Shown: piece by piece, positions 10,148 to 19,947 of the stretch | How positions within the stretch are numbered: the stretch's first letter is position 1 | Layout of the letters: every line of letters begins with the position of its first letter | From: Candidatus Saccharimonadales bacterium | Lineage (GTDB): Bacteria > Patescibacteriota > Saccharimonadia > Saccharimonadales > 2-12-FULL-41-12 | Direction: 5' to 3' | DNA: 52,700 nucleotides | Assembly (NCBI GenBank): GCA_036276755.1 | Contig: DASUOG010000018.1 | Coordinates: 1-52,700, forward strand | Translations under genes and position numbers: made by a program | Notes under the pieces: generated by a model | Told to the model about the DNA's origin: nothing | What the model saw: only the letters and a program-made list of their open reading frames with translations | Database searches by the model: none

Positions 10148-10531
10148 ATGGTGTTAAAAGTCGATACCGACGGTAAAAGACAGGTGCTGGATATCACTGA
10201 TAAGATAGAAGACCGGCTGGAAGGCAGCGGTTTGGTAAACATATTCGTACAACACACCACTGCGGCCGTAACCACTGCCGATCTGGATCCGGGCGGCACG
10301 GACAAGGATTATCTGGAAGCGATAACGGCGATGACGCCCGATAAGTCTTGGCGTCATCCGCATGACCCAGGCCATTTCCCCGACCATCTGTGGTCAAGCC
10401 TGATCGGTCCGGGTTTATCGGTCCCGTTCGAGAAAGGCAAACTTCAGCTTGGTACCTGGCAAAGAATAGTTTTAATAGAATTTGACGGTCCGCGCGAACG
10501 CGAGATCCGCTTAACCGCAATCTTAAATTAA
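10148..10531 (+). CDS. yjbQ: YjbQ/UPF0047 family protein
   Basis: DITD, FVQHTTA, HPHD..H..DH, LGTWQRI..IEFDGPR.R. Confidence 0.9.
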   Translation: MVLKVDTDGKRQVLDITDKIEDRLEGSGLVNIFVQHTTAAVTTADLDPGGTDKDYLEAITAMTPDKSWRHPHDPGHFPDHLWSSLIGPGLSVPFEKGKLQLGTWQRIVLIEFDGPREREIRLTAILN

Positions 10532-10628
10532 CGGGTAGTTATAACCGGCCAACTATTGCGTATTAAGTTATTTATGATATATTAAGTAACCTTAGTACTA
10601 GGAGACCAGTCGTTTCAAAAGGATAGAC

Positions 10629-11747
10629 ATGGAAGGTTCGTTACCCGGAACTCTCTTGTTACCTCCAGAAAGGCAAGCGCAGACAGACATTGATTGCACT
10701 GTCGGAGGAGTCGCCTTAAAGTGTGTCGCTTCCAATGTCAGACGGACTGATCTTCCTTGGGAATCATATGAATTGACAACCGGCCTTGGCGGAGAAGGTA
10801 ACCTGGTCGTCGTGGAAGCGATCTCTGATGATGGTTTCCGAACCGAGGTGGAAAGCCAGGCAGGACGCGATGAACGCATCTATGCAGGCGATAAACTCGT
10901 AACTGTTTTAGCCAACCGGCATTCAGGCACTTCCGAATCAGGGTATGTACCTGAAGAAGGTCTGGAGATTACCGAAGAAACCGAACTTCATTTGCTGGCT
11001 GCCGGCTGCGTAGTCGGTATAAATTCGGGTATGCCTGCCGGTGCCCGTGAGCCGATGAGGTTCAGATCGCTCGGACTGGTATCTGATGAACAAGGCCCCG
11101 TCGACCTTATCGATATATGCGGTGGGCATGATTCGGCACCCGATACTTCGGCGCCGGTCATCCTTGTCTGTGGCACCAGCGCAGAAGTCGGGAAGACAAC
11201 AAGTTCGATCCGGCTTATACGCGCCCTGGCAGACGAAGGTTTACGGGTGGCCGGTACGAAATTTTCCGGAACCGGCCGGATGCGCGACATATTAAGTCTT
11301 CGCGACGCCGGTGCTCGACCGGCATTGGATTTCCCTGAGGTGGGTTTGGCTACCACGTACACTTCTCCGGAACGCTATATCCCGAGTATGTATACGCTTT
11401 TCAATTATCTCAACGACGACAACCCCGATATTATAGTCGCTGAAGCCGGCGGTGATCCGATTGAAGCCAATATACCTACTTTTCTGCGGGACGAACGTCT
11501 GATGGAACCGGTAGTAGCCGCGGTACTGGTCTCGGGAGACGTTATGGGTATGATGGGGGCTATCGATTACCTTCGCAAACATGCTCCCGAACTGCCGATT
11601 TATTTGACGGAGCCCAAAGGCAGGAATCCGACTACCACCCGTGAGCGGGTTGCCAATGAATTGCCCGGATTTACTCTTTTTAACTCGCTTGATCGCTCGG
11701 CAGTATCAGCAGTGGCAAAAGAAATAATCGGGGAGTTGCGGCCATGA
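10629..11747 (+). CDS. DUF1611-like P-loop protein; first gene of the phosphonate operon
   Basis: GDKLVTVLANR, HLLAAG, VCGTSAEVGKTT (P-loop), KFSGTGRMRD, LDF.E.G..TTY; stop overlaps the pepM start. Confidence 0.7.
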   Translation: MEGSLPGTLLLPPERQAQTDIDCTVGGVALKCVASNVRRTDLPWESYELTTGLGGEGNLVVVEAISDDGFRTEVESQAGRDERIYAGDKLVTVLANRHSGTSESGYVPEEGLEITEETELHLLAAGCVVGINSGMPAGAREPMRFRSLGLVSDEQGPVDLIDICGGHDSAPDTSAPVILVCGTSAEVGKTTSSIRLIRALADEGLRVAGTKFSGTGRMRDILSLRDAGARPALDFPEVGLATTYTSPERYIPSMYTLFNYLNDDNPDIIVAEAGGDPIEANIPTFLRDERLMEPVVAAVLVSGDVMGMMGAIDYLRKHAPELPIYLTEPKGRNPTTTRERVANELPGFTLFNSLDRSAVSAVAKEIIGELRP

Positions 11748-12655
11748 AACGGAAAACCAGAAAAGTCCTGACGAATCCGCGGGTCGGGAAATTGCGCGAG
11801 CTGATAGCTGCCAAAGATATCGTAAGATTGCTTGAAGCCCATAACGGCTTGACCGGACTTGTAGTTGAAACCACCAGAATCAGCAAAGGCGGCAAAGACG
11901 TAGGCTTCGATGCCATATGGGAAAGCAGTCTTACCGACTCCGCCTCCAAAGGCAAGCCGGATATTTCCGTAGTAGATATGACTTCTCGCATGCAAACTAT
12001 CGAAGAAATCATGGATGTAACGACCAAGCCTGTAGTAGTCGATGCGGATAATGGCGGGTTGACGGAGATTTTCGGTTTTACCGTTCGCAGCCTTGAACGT
12101 ATCGGTGTATCAGCGGTCATAATAGAGGACAAGACAGGCAGAAAACGCAACTCACTTTCCTCCGCCGATGTGATTCATAAGCAGGATTCCATAGAAAACT
12201 TCAGCGATAAGATAGCTTTTGGCAAAAGAAGCCAGCAAAGCGATGAGTTCATGATTATCGCGCGTATCGAGAGCCTGATTTTGCGAAAAGGCTTGGCTGA
12301 CGCCCTGGCACGTGCCGAAGCATATATAAACGCGGGTGCTGACGGCATCCTGATCCACAGCAATGCTAGGAATCCGGAAGAAATATTGAGTTTCTGCAAG
12401 GAATACAAAAAGTTCTCTGATATGGTACCGTTGGTAACTGTTCCAACCAGCTATAATTCCATAACCGAGCCGGAGTTGATAGATGCTGGCGTAAAAGTAG
12501 TGATTTATGCGAACCAGTTGTTACGCAGCGCATATCCGGCTATGACATCCGCTGCTAAACTTATCCTGCAGAACGGACGATCGCTTGAAACCGATAAATT
12601 GTGTATTCCGGTATCAGAACTTTTAGAACTAATACCGTCTTCCACGGCAGAGTAG
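11744..12655 (+). CDS. pepM: Phosphoenolpyruvate mutase
   Basis: EAHNGLTG, WESSLTDS, DADNGG, diagnostic EDKxxxxxNS (EDKTGRKRNS), IARIESLI, IYANQLLRS; phosphonopyruvate decarboxylase directly downstream. Confidence 0.95.
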   Translation: MKRKTRKVLTNPRVGKLRELIAAKDIVRLLEAHNGLTGLVVETTRISKGGKDVGFDAIWESSLTDSASKGKPDISVVDMTSRMQTIEEIMDVTTKPVVVDADNGGLTEIFGFTVRSLERIGVSAVIIEDKTGRKRNSLSSADVIHKQDSIENFSDKIAFGKRSQQSDEFMIIARIESLILRKGLADALARAEAYINAGADGILIHSNARNPEEILSFCKEYKKFSDMVPLVTVPTSYNSITEPELIDAGVKVVIYANQLLRSAYPAMTSAAKLILQNGRSLETDKLCIPVSELLELIPSSTAE

Positions 12656-12660
12656 GGACC

Positions 12661-13779
12661 ATGAAAGTTGCCGAGCTTACGGATCTGCTTATAAAGGAAG
12701 AATTGACTTTTCTGACGGGTGTCCCATGCAGCTATCTCAAGGAATTGCTCGGCACTCTGGATGGTCGGACTGATTTACAGCACGTAGCGGCCAGTAGCGA
12801 AGGCGAAGCGGTAGGAATAGCCGCTGGTTATCATTTGGCAACCGGCAGAGTACCTGTAATATATTTGCAGAATTCCGGCTTGGGAAATGCAATTAATCCA
12901 TTGACTTCGCTGTCGGACAGGGAGGTTTACGGCATTCCCGGCATACTTTTTTTGACCTGGCGCGGCGAACCCGGCAAACCCGATGAGCCCCAGCACAAAA
13001 AGATGGGCCGCATAATGCCCGATTTATTGGAAGACCTGGAAATAAATTATGGTTTTGCTGACAGGGATATTGTCAAAACCACCGAAACTGTCCGTCGTTT
13101 AAAAGCCGAATCCCTTTCCGCGAAAAAGCCGGTTGCTTTGATTTTCCGTCCGAAGCTTATAGAAAAAACTGAAGCAACCCCCGGAATCTTAAATGCTAAG
13201 TTTATGAAACGCGAAAAAATCTTAAAGCTGCTGTTGCCAAAGATCGGTGAATCGCCCCTTGTAACTACTACCGGCAAAACTTCGCGAGAAGTGTTTGAAC
13301 TACGGGAAAAAAACGGCCAATCACATCAACAGGATTTCTTGACTGTCGGTTCAATGGGATGTGCCGCAGGTATCGGACTGGGGATTGCCCGGCAGACCTC
13401 TAAGAGAGTTTTTGTGATAGACGGCGACGGAGCGGTGCTTATGAAAATGGGCACTCTGGCCACGATCGGTCATTATAATCCGGAAAACCTGATACATATA
13501 GTAATAGATAACGGAGCTTATGAAAGTACAGGCAGCCAGCCGACCGTCGCCAAAAACTTAAAGTGGCGGAAGTTATTCAACGGTTTCGGATATAAAACGG
13601 TTCTGATTATTCGCACCCAGGACGCTCTGAAATCCCTTGAACTTGAAAAGATCAAAGGCCCGGCGGCCGTCGTTGTATATTCGCGGAGCGGATCTCGACC
13701 GGATCTTGGCCGTCCGACTACCGGACCCGGGTATAACAAACGGCAATTTATGAATTTTTTGGGGGTGAGCGATGAGTGA
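12661..13779 (+). CDS. aepY: Phosphonopyruvate decarboxylase (ThDP-dependent)
   Basis: GVPCS, EGEAVGIAAGYHLATG, YLQNSGLGN, WRGEPG.PDEPQH, TTGKTSRE, DFLTVGSMG, DGDGA. Start set at ATG 12661. Confidence 0.95.
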   Translation: MKVAELTDLLIKEELTFLTGVPCSYLKELLGTLDGRTDLQHVAASSEGEAVGIAAGYHLATGRVPVIYLQNSGLGNAINPLTSLSDREVYGIPGILFLTWRGEPGKPDEPQHKKMGRIMPDLLEDLEINYGFADRDIVKTTETVRRLKAESLSAKKPVALIFRPKLIEKTEATPGILNAKFMKREKILKLLLPKIGESPLVTTTGKTSREVFELREKNGQSHQQDFLTVGSMGCAAGIGLGIARQTSKRVFVIDGDGAVLMKMGTLATIGHYNPENLIHIVIDNGAYESTGSQPTVAKNLKWRKLFNGFGYKTVLIIRTQDALKSLELEKIKGPAAVVVYSRSGSRPDLGRPTTGPGYNKRQFMNFLGVSDE

Positions 13780-15127
13780 GCACGCCGAATCTCAGTTAAG
13801 AGCTGCGGCCGAGGATTTTTTTGCGACACTTAACTTGGATCCCGCCGAGAAACGGCGCATTTTTTCTGCCGTCGTATCCGACGTTAGGGACCGTCGTGAA
13901 GAATTGGCAGATTTGGCAGTTAGCGAAGTTAAATTGACACGCGTAGATGCTCGCAAAGAGATTGATCGCGCGTTAAACACCTTCATCCGGGCGAGAGACT
14001 CGGCCGATCTTATCCAGGAATCCACGTTTAGCTTGGGCGATGAGAAAATTGCTCGCGAAAAACGGCTCCCAAGGGGGCCGCTCCTAGCCATTACACCGTT
14101 TAGTAGCCCCTTCAGCTCGCCGGCTCACAAAATAAGCATGGGTATCTTAGCCGGTACGTCCGTTTTGTTCAAGCCGTCGCCTTTTGCCCGGCAAAGCGGG
14201 CGGGCATTATATACGATCATCGAAAAAGCGTGCGATGGAAAGTATGTATATTTTTCTGCTGAAGATGATCGGAGGCGTCTCGATTCTATAGTAGCCGATT
14301 CGCGTATTGGGATCGTTTCATTTACCGGCAGCTACTCCACTGGCAGCAGAATTATCAAGAACGGGGGCGTAAAACGGTACCATATGGAGCTGGCAGGCGG
14401 TAACTCACCGATAATATTCGCACCGGAATTTGATCGGTATGACGACCGGTTGGCTGGGGATATAGTCGACGGTATAACCGCTAAAAACGGACAGCGTTGC
14501 GTGTCGGTCAAACATTTGTTTATACCGGCTGGGCGCAGGCAATTCATAGATAAGCTACAAAGCCGGCTTGAACGGCTGAAGAACCACACCAGGGAACGGC
14601 CGGATAACGGCGGAGATCTCAAGCTTGGTCCGCTTATCACCGAAAAATATGCCAAACAAACAGCAAAAAAGGTAGGGAGCATCTTAGAATTGACCGATCA
14701 GGCCGACACGCTTATAGCATTGGAACGACGCAGGGATTATATTTTTCCCACTCTTTATGCAATCAAAAAAATTGACGAGCCTTTCATCCGTAACATCTTT
14801 GATTTTGATATTCCTGGGCCCGTAGCCTTCATTCATCTTTATAATTCACAGGCCGAATACGAAAAAATCCTTTCCGCGCTCAAACGGGATTATACGCGCT
14901 CGGGATTGCAATTGTCCTTTTACGTAGCTGACAAAATTTCGGCGGATAACATCATAAAAAATCTATTATGGGGCGGAATTATCTTTAATGATTTGCCGAC
15001 TTATCGCGATGAATCCATGTCGTTCGGTGGTTTTGGCAAATCAGGTCTGGGCAAAGAAGGATTTCCCGAAACACTAAATTCAATTACCGATCCACAAGTG
15101 GTAGTTTATCCCAAAGATTTTGTTTGA
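13772..15127 (+). CDS. Aldehyde dehydrogenase, probable phosphonoacetaldehyde dehydrogenase (PhnY-like)
   Basis: AITPF....AHK, FKPS, SFTGS, MELAGG, NGQRC (catalytic Cys), FGGFGKSGLGKEG; overlaps the end of aepY. Confidence 0.82.
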   Translation: MSEHAESQLRAAAEDFFATLNLDPAEKRRIFSAVVSDVRDRREELADLAVSEVKLTRVDARKEIDRALNTFIRARDSADLIQESTFSLGDEKIAREKRLPRGPLLAITPFSSPFSSPAHKISMGILAGTSVLFKPSPFARQSGRALYTIIEKACDGKYVYFSAEDDRRRLDSIVADSRIGIVSFTGSYSTGSRIIKNGGVKRYHMELAGGNSPIIFAPEFDRYDDRLAGDIVDGITAKNGQRCVSVKHLFIPAGRRQFIDKLQSRLERLKNHTRERPDNGGDLKLGPLITEKYAKQTAKKVGSILELTDQADTLIALERRRDYIFPTLYAIKKIDEPFIRNIFDFDIPGPVAFIHLYNSQAEYEKILSALKRDYTRSGLQLSFYVADKISADNIIKNLLWGGIIFNDLPTYRDESMSFGGFGKSGLGKEGFPETLNSITDPQVVVYPKDFV

Positions 15128-15138
15128 TCATGGATTGA

Positions 15139-15939
15139 TTAAAAATTCGCTGTCTTGCGCTTGAACATATTGACCGCGACGATGTAGGAAATTACTAGAA
15201 GCCCCAGCGACCAGACGACGGCCAGCCAGCCGTGATTATCCATAGGCGTGCCTACCGTGAGCGACCTTACCGCTTCGATGACATGGGTCACCGGCTGGTT
15301 TTCAGCGAATGCCCGAAGTGCCGATGGCATACTGCCTGTCGGTACGAACGCACTGCTGATAAAAGTCAGCGGGAAGATAAATACGAAAGTAATCCACTGC
15401 ACGCCCTCTATCGTCTTGGACAGCAAACCCATGATGGCGCTCATCCAGGAGATAGCGAACGTGAACAGCATTAAGATTCCGAATGCCAAGAGCCAGTCCG
15501 ACCAGCTGGCCGTAGGCCTGAAGCCGACCAGCAGACCCACCAATACCATGATGATGGAAGAAATCGCATTGCGTACCATATCGGTTACCGTGTGCCCTAC
15601 CAGAACTGCCGAGCTTATCATCGGCAGACTTTTGAACCGGTCGATTATACCGCGCCTTATGTCCGTGGTAACGCCGATTGCGGTATAAGTGGCGCCGAAA
15701 CCGGCGGTCTGGACCAAGATTCCCGCGAAAAGAAAGTTTATATAAGAAACCCCCGGCGTATTAATCGCGCCGCCGAAAACGTATCGGAACAGGAGCAGGA
15801 ACATTATCGGCATAAATACAGTCGAAAGCGCCTGGTCCATGTTCCGTACGATATAAACCATGCTGCGCTTGATTAAAACGGCAAAATCGCTGAAGGCCCA
15901 ATATAATTTGCTACGTTTTTCCGGAGTTACTCGTTTCAC
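15139..15939 (-). CDS. ABC-2 type transporter permease (DrrB-like)
   Basis: Six hydrophobic segments; GIIDRFKSLP, FISSAFVP, FAENQPVT; coupled to the ATPase. Confidence 0.9.
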   Translation of the reverse strand: MKRVTPEKRSKLYWAFSDFAVLIKRSMVYIVRNMDQALSTVFMPIMFLLLFRYVFGGAINTPGVSYINFLFAGILVQTAGFGATYTAIGVTTDIRRGIIDRFKSLPMISSAVLVGHTVTDMVRNAISSIIMVLVGLLVGFRPTASWSDWLLAFGILMLFTFAISWMSAIMGLLSKTIEGVQWITFVFIFPLTFISSAFVPTGSMPSALRAFAENQPVTHVIEAVRSLTVGTPMDNHGWLAVVWSLGLLVISYIVAVNMFKRKTANF

Positions 15940-16928
15940 TTTTTCTTCCTTTTTACCTTTGCTGCCGTAGTTCCGTTCTGGTTTTCCCCGTCTGTGGCCT
16001 TATGTCCGGTAAGTTTCAAGAACACATCATCAAGCGTCGGTTTGCTTAATGACATTGCCGTAACCTTAATTTTTGAAGATTCAAATTTTTCCAGGATTGT
16101 TTTAACTTTGTAAACGCCGCGGTCATTGCTTACGGAAAGAGTTCTTTGCTTCTTATCGACATCCGGCGAATCGCCGTCGACCAGCTTGACGGCTTTGCTC
16201 AGATCCCTGTCGCTTGCAAAACCGAATTGGATTCGCTCCCTGCCGACTCTTCCTTTCAATTGGTCGGAAGTACCTTGGGCTATGACCTTTCCATGGTCGA
16301 TTACCACTATGCCATCAGCCAACCGGTCGGCTTCTTCGAGATGCTGGGTCGTTAACAAGATAGTGGTACCTTGAGCAGCTAGGTCTTCTATCATTTCCCA
16401 CATGGCGAGCCGGCTGCGGGGGTCCAGACCGGTGGTCGGCTCGTCTAGGAAAATAATCGGCGGGGTAGCTATCAGGCTGGCTGCCAAATCCAGCCGCCGG
16501 CGCATACCGCCGGAATAAGTTTTGGCGTATCGGTCAGCCGCATCCGTCAGATCAAACTGCTCCAAAAGTTCTTCGGTCCGGCGCGCTACGTCTGCTTTGC
16601 TCAGATGGTAAAGCCGTCCCATCATCCTTAGATTCTCCCGGCCGGTCAGGTATTCATCGACAGCTGCGTACTGGCCGGTCAACCCTATGCGCGAACGCAC
16701 GTCATCCGCCTGTTTGATTACGTCATAACCATCAACCTTAACCGTACCTTGGTCGGCACGGAGCAGGGTAGAAAGGATGCGCACCATCGTGGTTTTGCCG
16801 GCCCCGTTCGGGCCGAGCAGTGCCTGTATGGTGCCACGCTCAATCTGCAAATCAATACCTTCGAGCACCTTAAGCTTGCCGAAGGATTTGTGGACATTTT
16901 TTGCCTGTATCGGATATTTATTTGCCAT
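15936..16928 (-). CDS. ABC transporter ATP-binding protein (DrrA-like)
   Basis: GPNGAGKT, YSGGMRRR, FLDEPTTGLDP, C-terminal PTLDDVFLKLTG. Confidence 0.93.
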   Translation of the reverse strand: MANKYPIQAKNVHKSFGKLKVLEGIDLQIERGTIQALLGPNGAGKTTMVRILSTLLRADQGTVKVDGYDVIKQADDVRSRIGLTGQYAAVDEYLTGRENLRMMGRLYHLSKADVARRTEELLEQFDLTDAADRYAKTYSGGMRRRLDLAASLIATPPIIFLDEPTTGLDPRSRLAMWEMIEDLAAQGTTILLTTQHLEEADRLADGIVVIDHGKVIAQGTSDQLKGRVGRERIQFGFASDRDLSKAVKLVDGDSPDVDKKQRTLSVSNDRGVYKVKTILEKFESSKIKVTAMSLSKPTLDDVFLKLTGHKATDGENQNGTTAAKVKRKKK

Positions 16929-17085
16929 TTCAACTATATTAATGAACTTTGCCGTATTAGGCCAGTATTAAATTTTATTGACAACGCGTTTGAGTTTGCG
17001 TCAGACTATTTTTATAAAGTAGCCGATCGAGGAGGGTTATGATGGCGGCGGGTGACGGTAAAGTTTGGAATGAAAGGATGATTTT

Positions 17086-17580
17086 ATGCAAAAGATAATT
17101 ACATATTTGTGGTTTGACAAACAGTGTGAGGAAGCGATGAATTTCTATGTGGATGTGTTCAAGGGAGCCCCTTCCAAACAAGCGCAGGATTCAGAGATCA
17201 CAGAGATCACACGTTATCCCGAAGGCTACAACGAAGGCCCGATGGCCGGCATGGAAGGCAAGGTTATAAACGGGACCTTCAAGTTGGCCGGCCAGAAATT
17301 TTATGCGCTGGACGGTGGACCGATATTTAAGTTCAACGAGGCCGTCTCGCTTTATGTCGAGTGCGAAGACCAAGCAGAAATCGATTATTTCTGGGGCAAG
17401 CTTTCCGCGGTCCCGGAGTCCGAACAGTGCGGTTGGCTGAAGGACAAGTTTGGCCTGAGCTGGCAGATAATACCGAAGAACATGGGAGAATTGCTTCAAA
17501 CCAAGTCCCAGATAGACACCATGCTAAAGATGCATAAAATAGTAATTGCGGACTTGGAAAAAGTCGGTAAGGAAAAATAA
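17086..17580 (+). CDS. VOC family protein (PhnB / 3-demethylubiquinone-9 3-methyltransferase-like)
   Basis: QKI.TYLWFD...EEAMNFY, FKFNEAVSL, QCGWLKDKFGLSWQI. Confidence 0.9.
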   Translation: MQKIITYLWFDKQCEEAMNFYVDVFKGAPSKQAQDSEITEITRYPEGYNEGPMAGMEGKVINGTFKLAGQKFYALDGGPIFKFNEAVSLYVECEDQAEIDYFWGKLSAVPESEQCGWLKDKFGLSWQIIPKNMGELLQTKSQIDTMLKMHKIVIADLEKVGKEK

Positions 17581-17972
17581 TGTTAAACAATTCCAAAGCG
17601 ATTTTCAGTAGTTTTTCGACCGATGATTTGACCAAAGCCAAAAAGTTTTATATAGACAAATTGGGCCTTGTACTCGATAACGAGGATATGGGCCTCGCTA
17701 TCAAACTGCCTGCCGGCACGCAGCTTTTTATTTACGAAAAAGAGGATCATCAGCCGGCGACCTTCACTGTTTTAAATTTTGTAGTAGAAAATATCGACGA
17801 AGAAGTAAAGGAACTAAAAGCCAAGGGCATAAAGTTTGAAGAAATAAGTTTTGGCGAAAATGCGAAAACCGACGAAAAGGGGATAATGCGCGGTCGGAGC
17901 GCGAATCAAGGCCCTGATATCGCCTGGTTCAAGGACCCGGCCGGCAATTTCTTATCCATAATCGAAGAATAA
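17580..17972 (+). CDS. VOC/glyoxalase family protein
   Basis: DL.KAK.FY...LGL, PATFTVLNF.V, IAWFKDPAGN. Confidence 0.9.
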   Translation: MLNNSKAIFSSFSTDDLTKAKKFYIDKLGLVLDNEDMGLAIKLPAGTQLFIYEKEDHQPATFTVLNFVVENIDEEVKELKAKGIKFEEISFGENAKTDEKGIMRGRSANQGPDIAWFKDPAGNFLSIIEE

Positions 17973-18002
17973 TCGCCTCAATTTAAAATTGAGGCGATTA
18001 TT
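17968..18002. terminator. Perfect 17-bp inverted repeat between convergent genes; bidirectional terminator
   Basis: AATAATCGCCTCAATTT-A-AAATTGAGGCGATTATT, overlapping both stop codons. Confidence 0.8.
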
Positions 18003-18369
18003 AATGAAGAAAATTAACCATGGAATCGGGTAATTGTGCCCGGATATGATTTATCTGGCCCCTAGTAAGGGCTTCCTTAAGTGCATCCCACGCCGAATGT
18101 ATCTGTTTTTTGGCGTGGTCTTCTTCGATGCCCTGTGTCCGCATAAATTGCTCGATTATTCCCTCTCGGGAATTCTGTTTCGTCGCATAAACGGAAAGTG
18201 CCATGTCCTTGAGCTCGTGAGGCAGCTGGCTGGCAAAATCTTTGCGTTCGCCCTCGGTAAGGTGAACTGCCAGACTTTCGACCATAAGCTCCAGAGCTTC
18301 CTTGGACTCCTTGTCCGAAAAGCCCGATTTGATTTGTACCGTTTTGATAAGCTCGCGAAAACCCATCAT
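18001..18369 (-). CDS. DUF2267 family protein
   Basis: L..HL..GE..DFASQLP.EL, L.EALT.GQI.HIRAQLP; SD AAGGAGG. Confidence 0.8.
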   Translation of the reverse strand: MMGFRELIKTVQIKSGFSDKESKEALELMVESLAVHLTEGERKDFASQLPHELKDMALSVYATKQNSREGIIEQFMRTQGIEEDHAKKQIHSAWDALKEALTRGQINHIRAQLPDSMVNFLH

Positions 18370-18377
18370 GAACCTCC

Positions 18378-19184
18378 TTATACGTATTGAAGCGTACTGC
18401 CCAGCGCGGAATATTCTTCATTCATCGCATTAAGTTCTTCCATGTCATCCCCGCTTAATTCAAAGTCGAAAACATCCAGATCTTCTTTTAGGTGCTCTAT
18501 CTTATTGGCTTTGACTATCGGTACCGTCCCAATCTGCAAATTCCAGCGGGTCAGGATTTGCGCTGGTGTCTTGCCGTATTTTTCGGCTATGTCGTTAAGC
18601 TCCGGATCATCGAGGCGTTCACTGCGGGTAAGCGGGCTGTAAGCCTGTATGATGATCCCGTTGTCCCGACAGTATTCCAGCATTTCCATGCTATGTCCGA
18701 ACGGGCTCCATTCTATCTGGTTGACCACGGGAACTACGCCTGTCGCGTTAATGAGCTCCTCTATCTGCTTCTTACTGTAGTTGCTGACTCCTATATCTTT
18801 GGTGAGACCGTCTTGCTGTGCCCTTAACAAGCCCTCCCATAAGTTTTGTCCGACACCGTTATCCGGCGGACGGTGGATAAGCATCAAATCGGCATAATCA
18901 AGTTGCAGTTCTTCTAAATTTTTCTTGGTCGCCCTATAAGCATCATCGCTTTCTTCTACTTTCGTCACCAAATAAAACTGGTCGCGCGGTATCTGACTTT
19001 TCTTTATGCCTTCAGCTATGCCGGGCTGGGTCCCGTAATCTCCCGAGGTGTCTATCATCGGATAACCGATAAGCAATGCCTTGGCTATGGTATCTGCCGT
19101 CCGATCGGTCAGCTCCCAGGTACCTAGCCCTAATACGGGCATTTTCCTCCCCGTGTGAAGTGTTACTGTTGAATTTATATTCAT
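18378..19184 (-). CDS. Aldo/keto reductase (2,5-DKG reductase-like)
   Basis: MPVLGLGTW, IDT...Y, LVTK, DLMLIH.P, IGVSNY, NQIEWSP, AYSPL. Confidence 0.93.
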   Translation of the reverse strand: MNINSTVTLHTGRKMPVLGLGTWELTDRTADTIAKALLIGYPMIDTSGDYGTQPGIAEGIKKSQIPRDQFYLVTKVEESDDAYRATKKNLEELQLDYADLMLIHRPPDNGVGQNLWEGLLRAQQDGLTKDIGVSNYSKKQIEELINATGVVPVVNQIEWSPFGHSMEMLEYCRDNGIIIQAYSPLTRSERLDDPELNDIAEKYGKTPAQILTRWNLQIGTVPIVKANKIEHLKEDLDVFDFELSGDDMEELNAMNEEYSALGSTLQYV

Positions 19185-19302
19185 TGCTGCCTCCTTCGTA
19201 ATCCTATATTATCGGCTTCTAACCGGCTGTCCGCAGTGAAACTTTTTACAAATCAGCAGCGTGTTGAATTAAAACAATAAATATTATATAATTACATTAA
19301 TA

Positions 19303-19947
19303 ATGAAAAAAATCGGTCCGGAGTATATCCGAAGCCCTGCAAAAAGATGTCTGGATATCGTAGGCGGCAGCGCTATTGGCGCCGGCCTTTCCCCTGCGGC
19401 GGTTGCCTTGGCGATAGAAACGATCGTAGAACATAAGAACTTTAACCCGTTTTTTACCGAAACCAGGGTAGGTAGACAGGGAAGCTATACGAACTTTAAA
19501 TTCCAGACCTTAAGTCCCGGGCCGAATTCCAAGACGGAAGGCGGTTCGAAACATAAACGTGCCAGCATCATCGGAACCCTGGTCAGAAAATCGGGCATGG
19601 ATGAGATGCCACAAATAATACATGTCATCAGGGGCGATATAAGTCTGGTCGGCATACGCCCGCAGTCGCAGGAACGGTTGGACTATTTTCGAAGCTTTGC
19701 TTCGGAAGATTTGTTTGAAGAATGGTTCGAATGCTACCGTCAAAACCCGGGATTGACCGGTGAAGGCCAGCTTTATAGCAACCGGTTCCCGCATCATACG
19801 CCGGATGTGCTGAAAAGACGTATGGAAATAGATATAGAATCATTCAACAATGCTTCCATTGCTGGCGATTTAAAAACTATAGCCCGCACGCCTTTCGTAT
19901 TGCTGAGCCCGTCTCACACCGCTGCCACCGAAGCTCCGCTTGCATGA
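19303..19947 (+). CDS. Bacterial sugar transferase (polyprenyl-phosphate glycosyl-1-phosphate transferase family)
   Basis: KRCLDI, RVGRQG..F..FKFQT, RKSGMDEMPQ....GDISLVG.RP, PGLTG..Q. Confidence 0.85.
   Translation: MKKIGPEYIRSPAKRCLDIVGGSAIGAGLSPAAVALAIETIVEHKNFNPFFTETRVGRQGSYTNFKFQTLSPGPNSKTEGGSKHKRASIIGTLVRKSGMDEMPQIIHVIRGDISLVGIRPQSQERLDYFRSFASEDLFEEWFECYRQNPGLTGEGQLYSNRFPHHTPDVLKRRMEIDIESFNNASIAGDLKTIARTPFVLLSPSHTAATEAPLA

Noticed and set aside
11744..12655. Isocitrate lyase / methylisocitrate lyase assignment
   Set aside because: It has EDKxxxxxNS rather than the KKCGH motif and sits beside phosphonopyruvate decarboxylase.
15139..17972. DrrAB-like ABC exporter and PhnB-like VOC gene as part of the phosphonate cluster
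   Set aside because: The transporter is convergent with the operon and of a widespread type; PhnB-like VOC proteins are not specific to phosphonates. A link is possible but unsupported.
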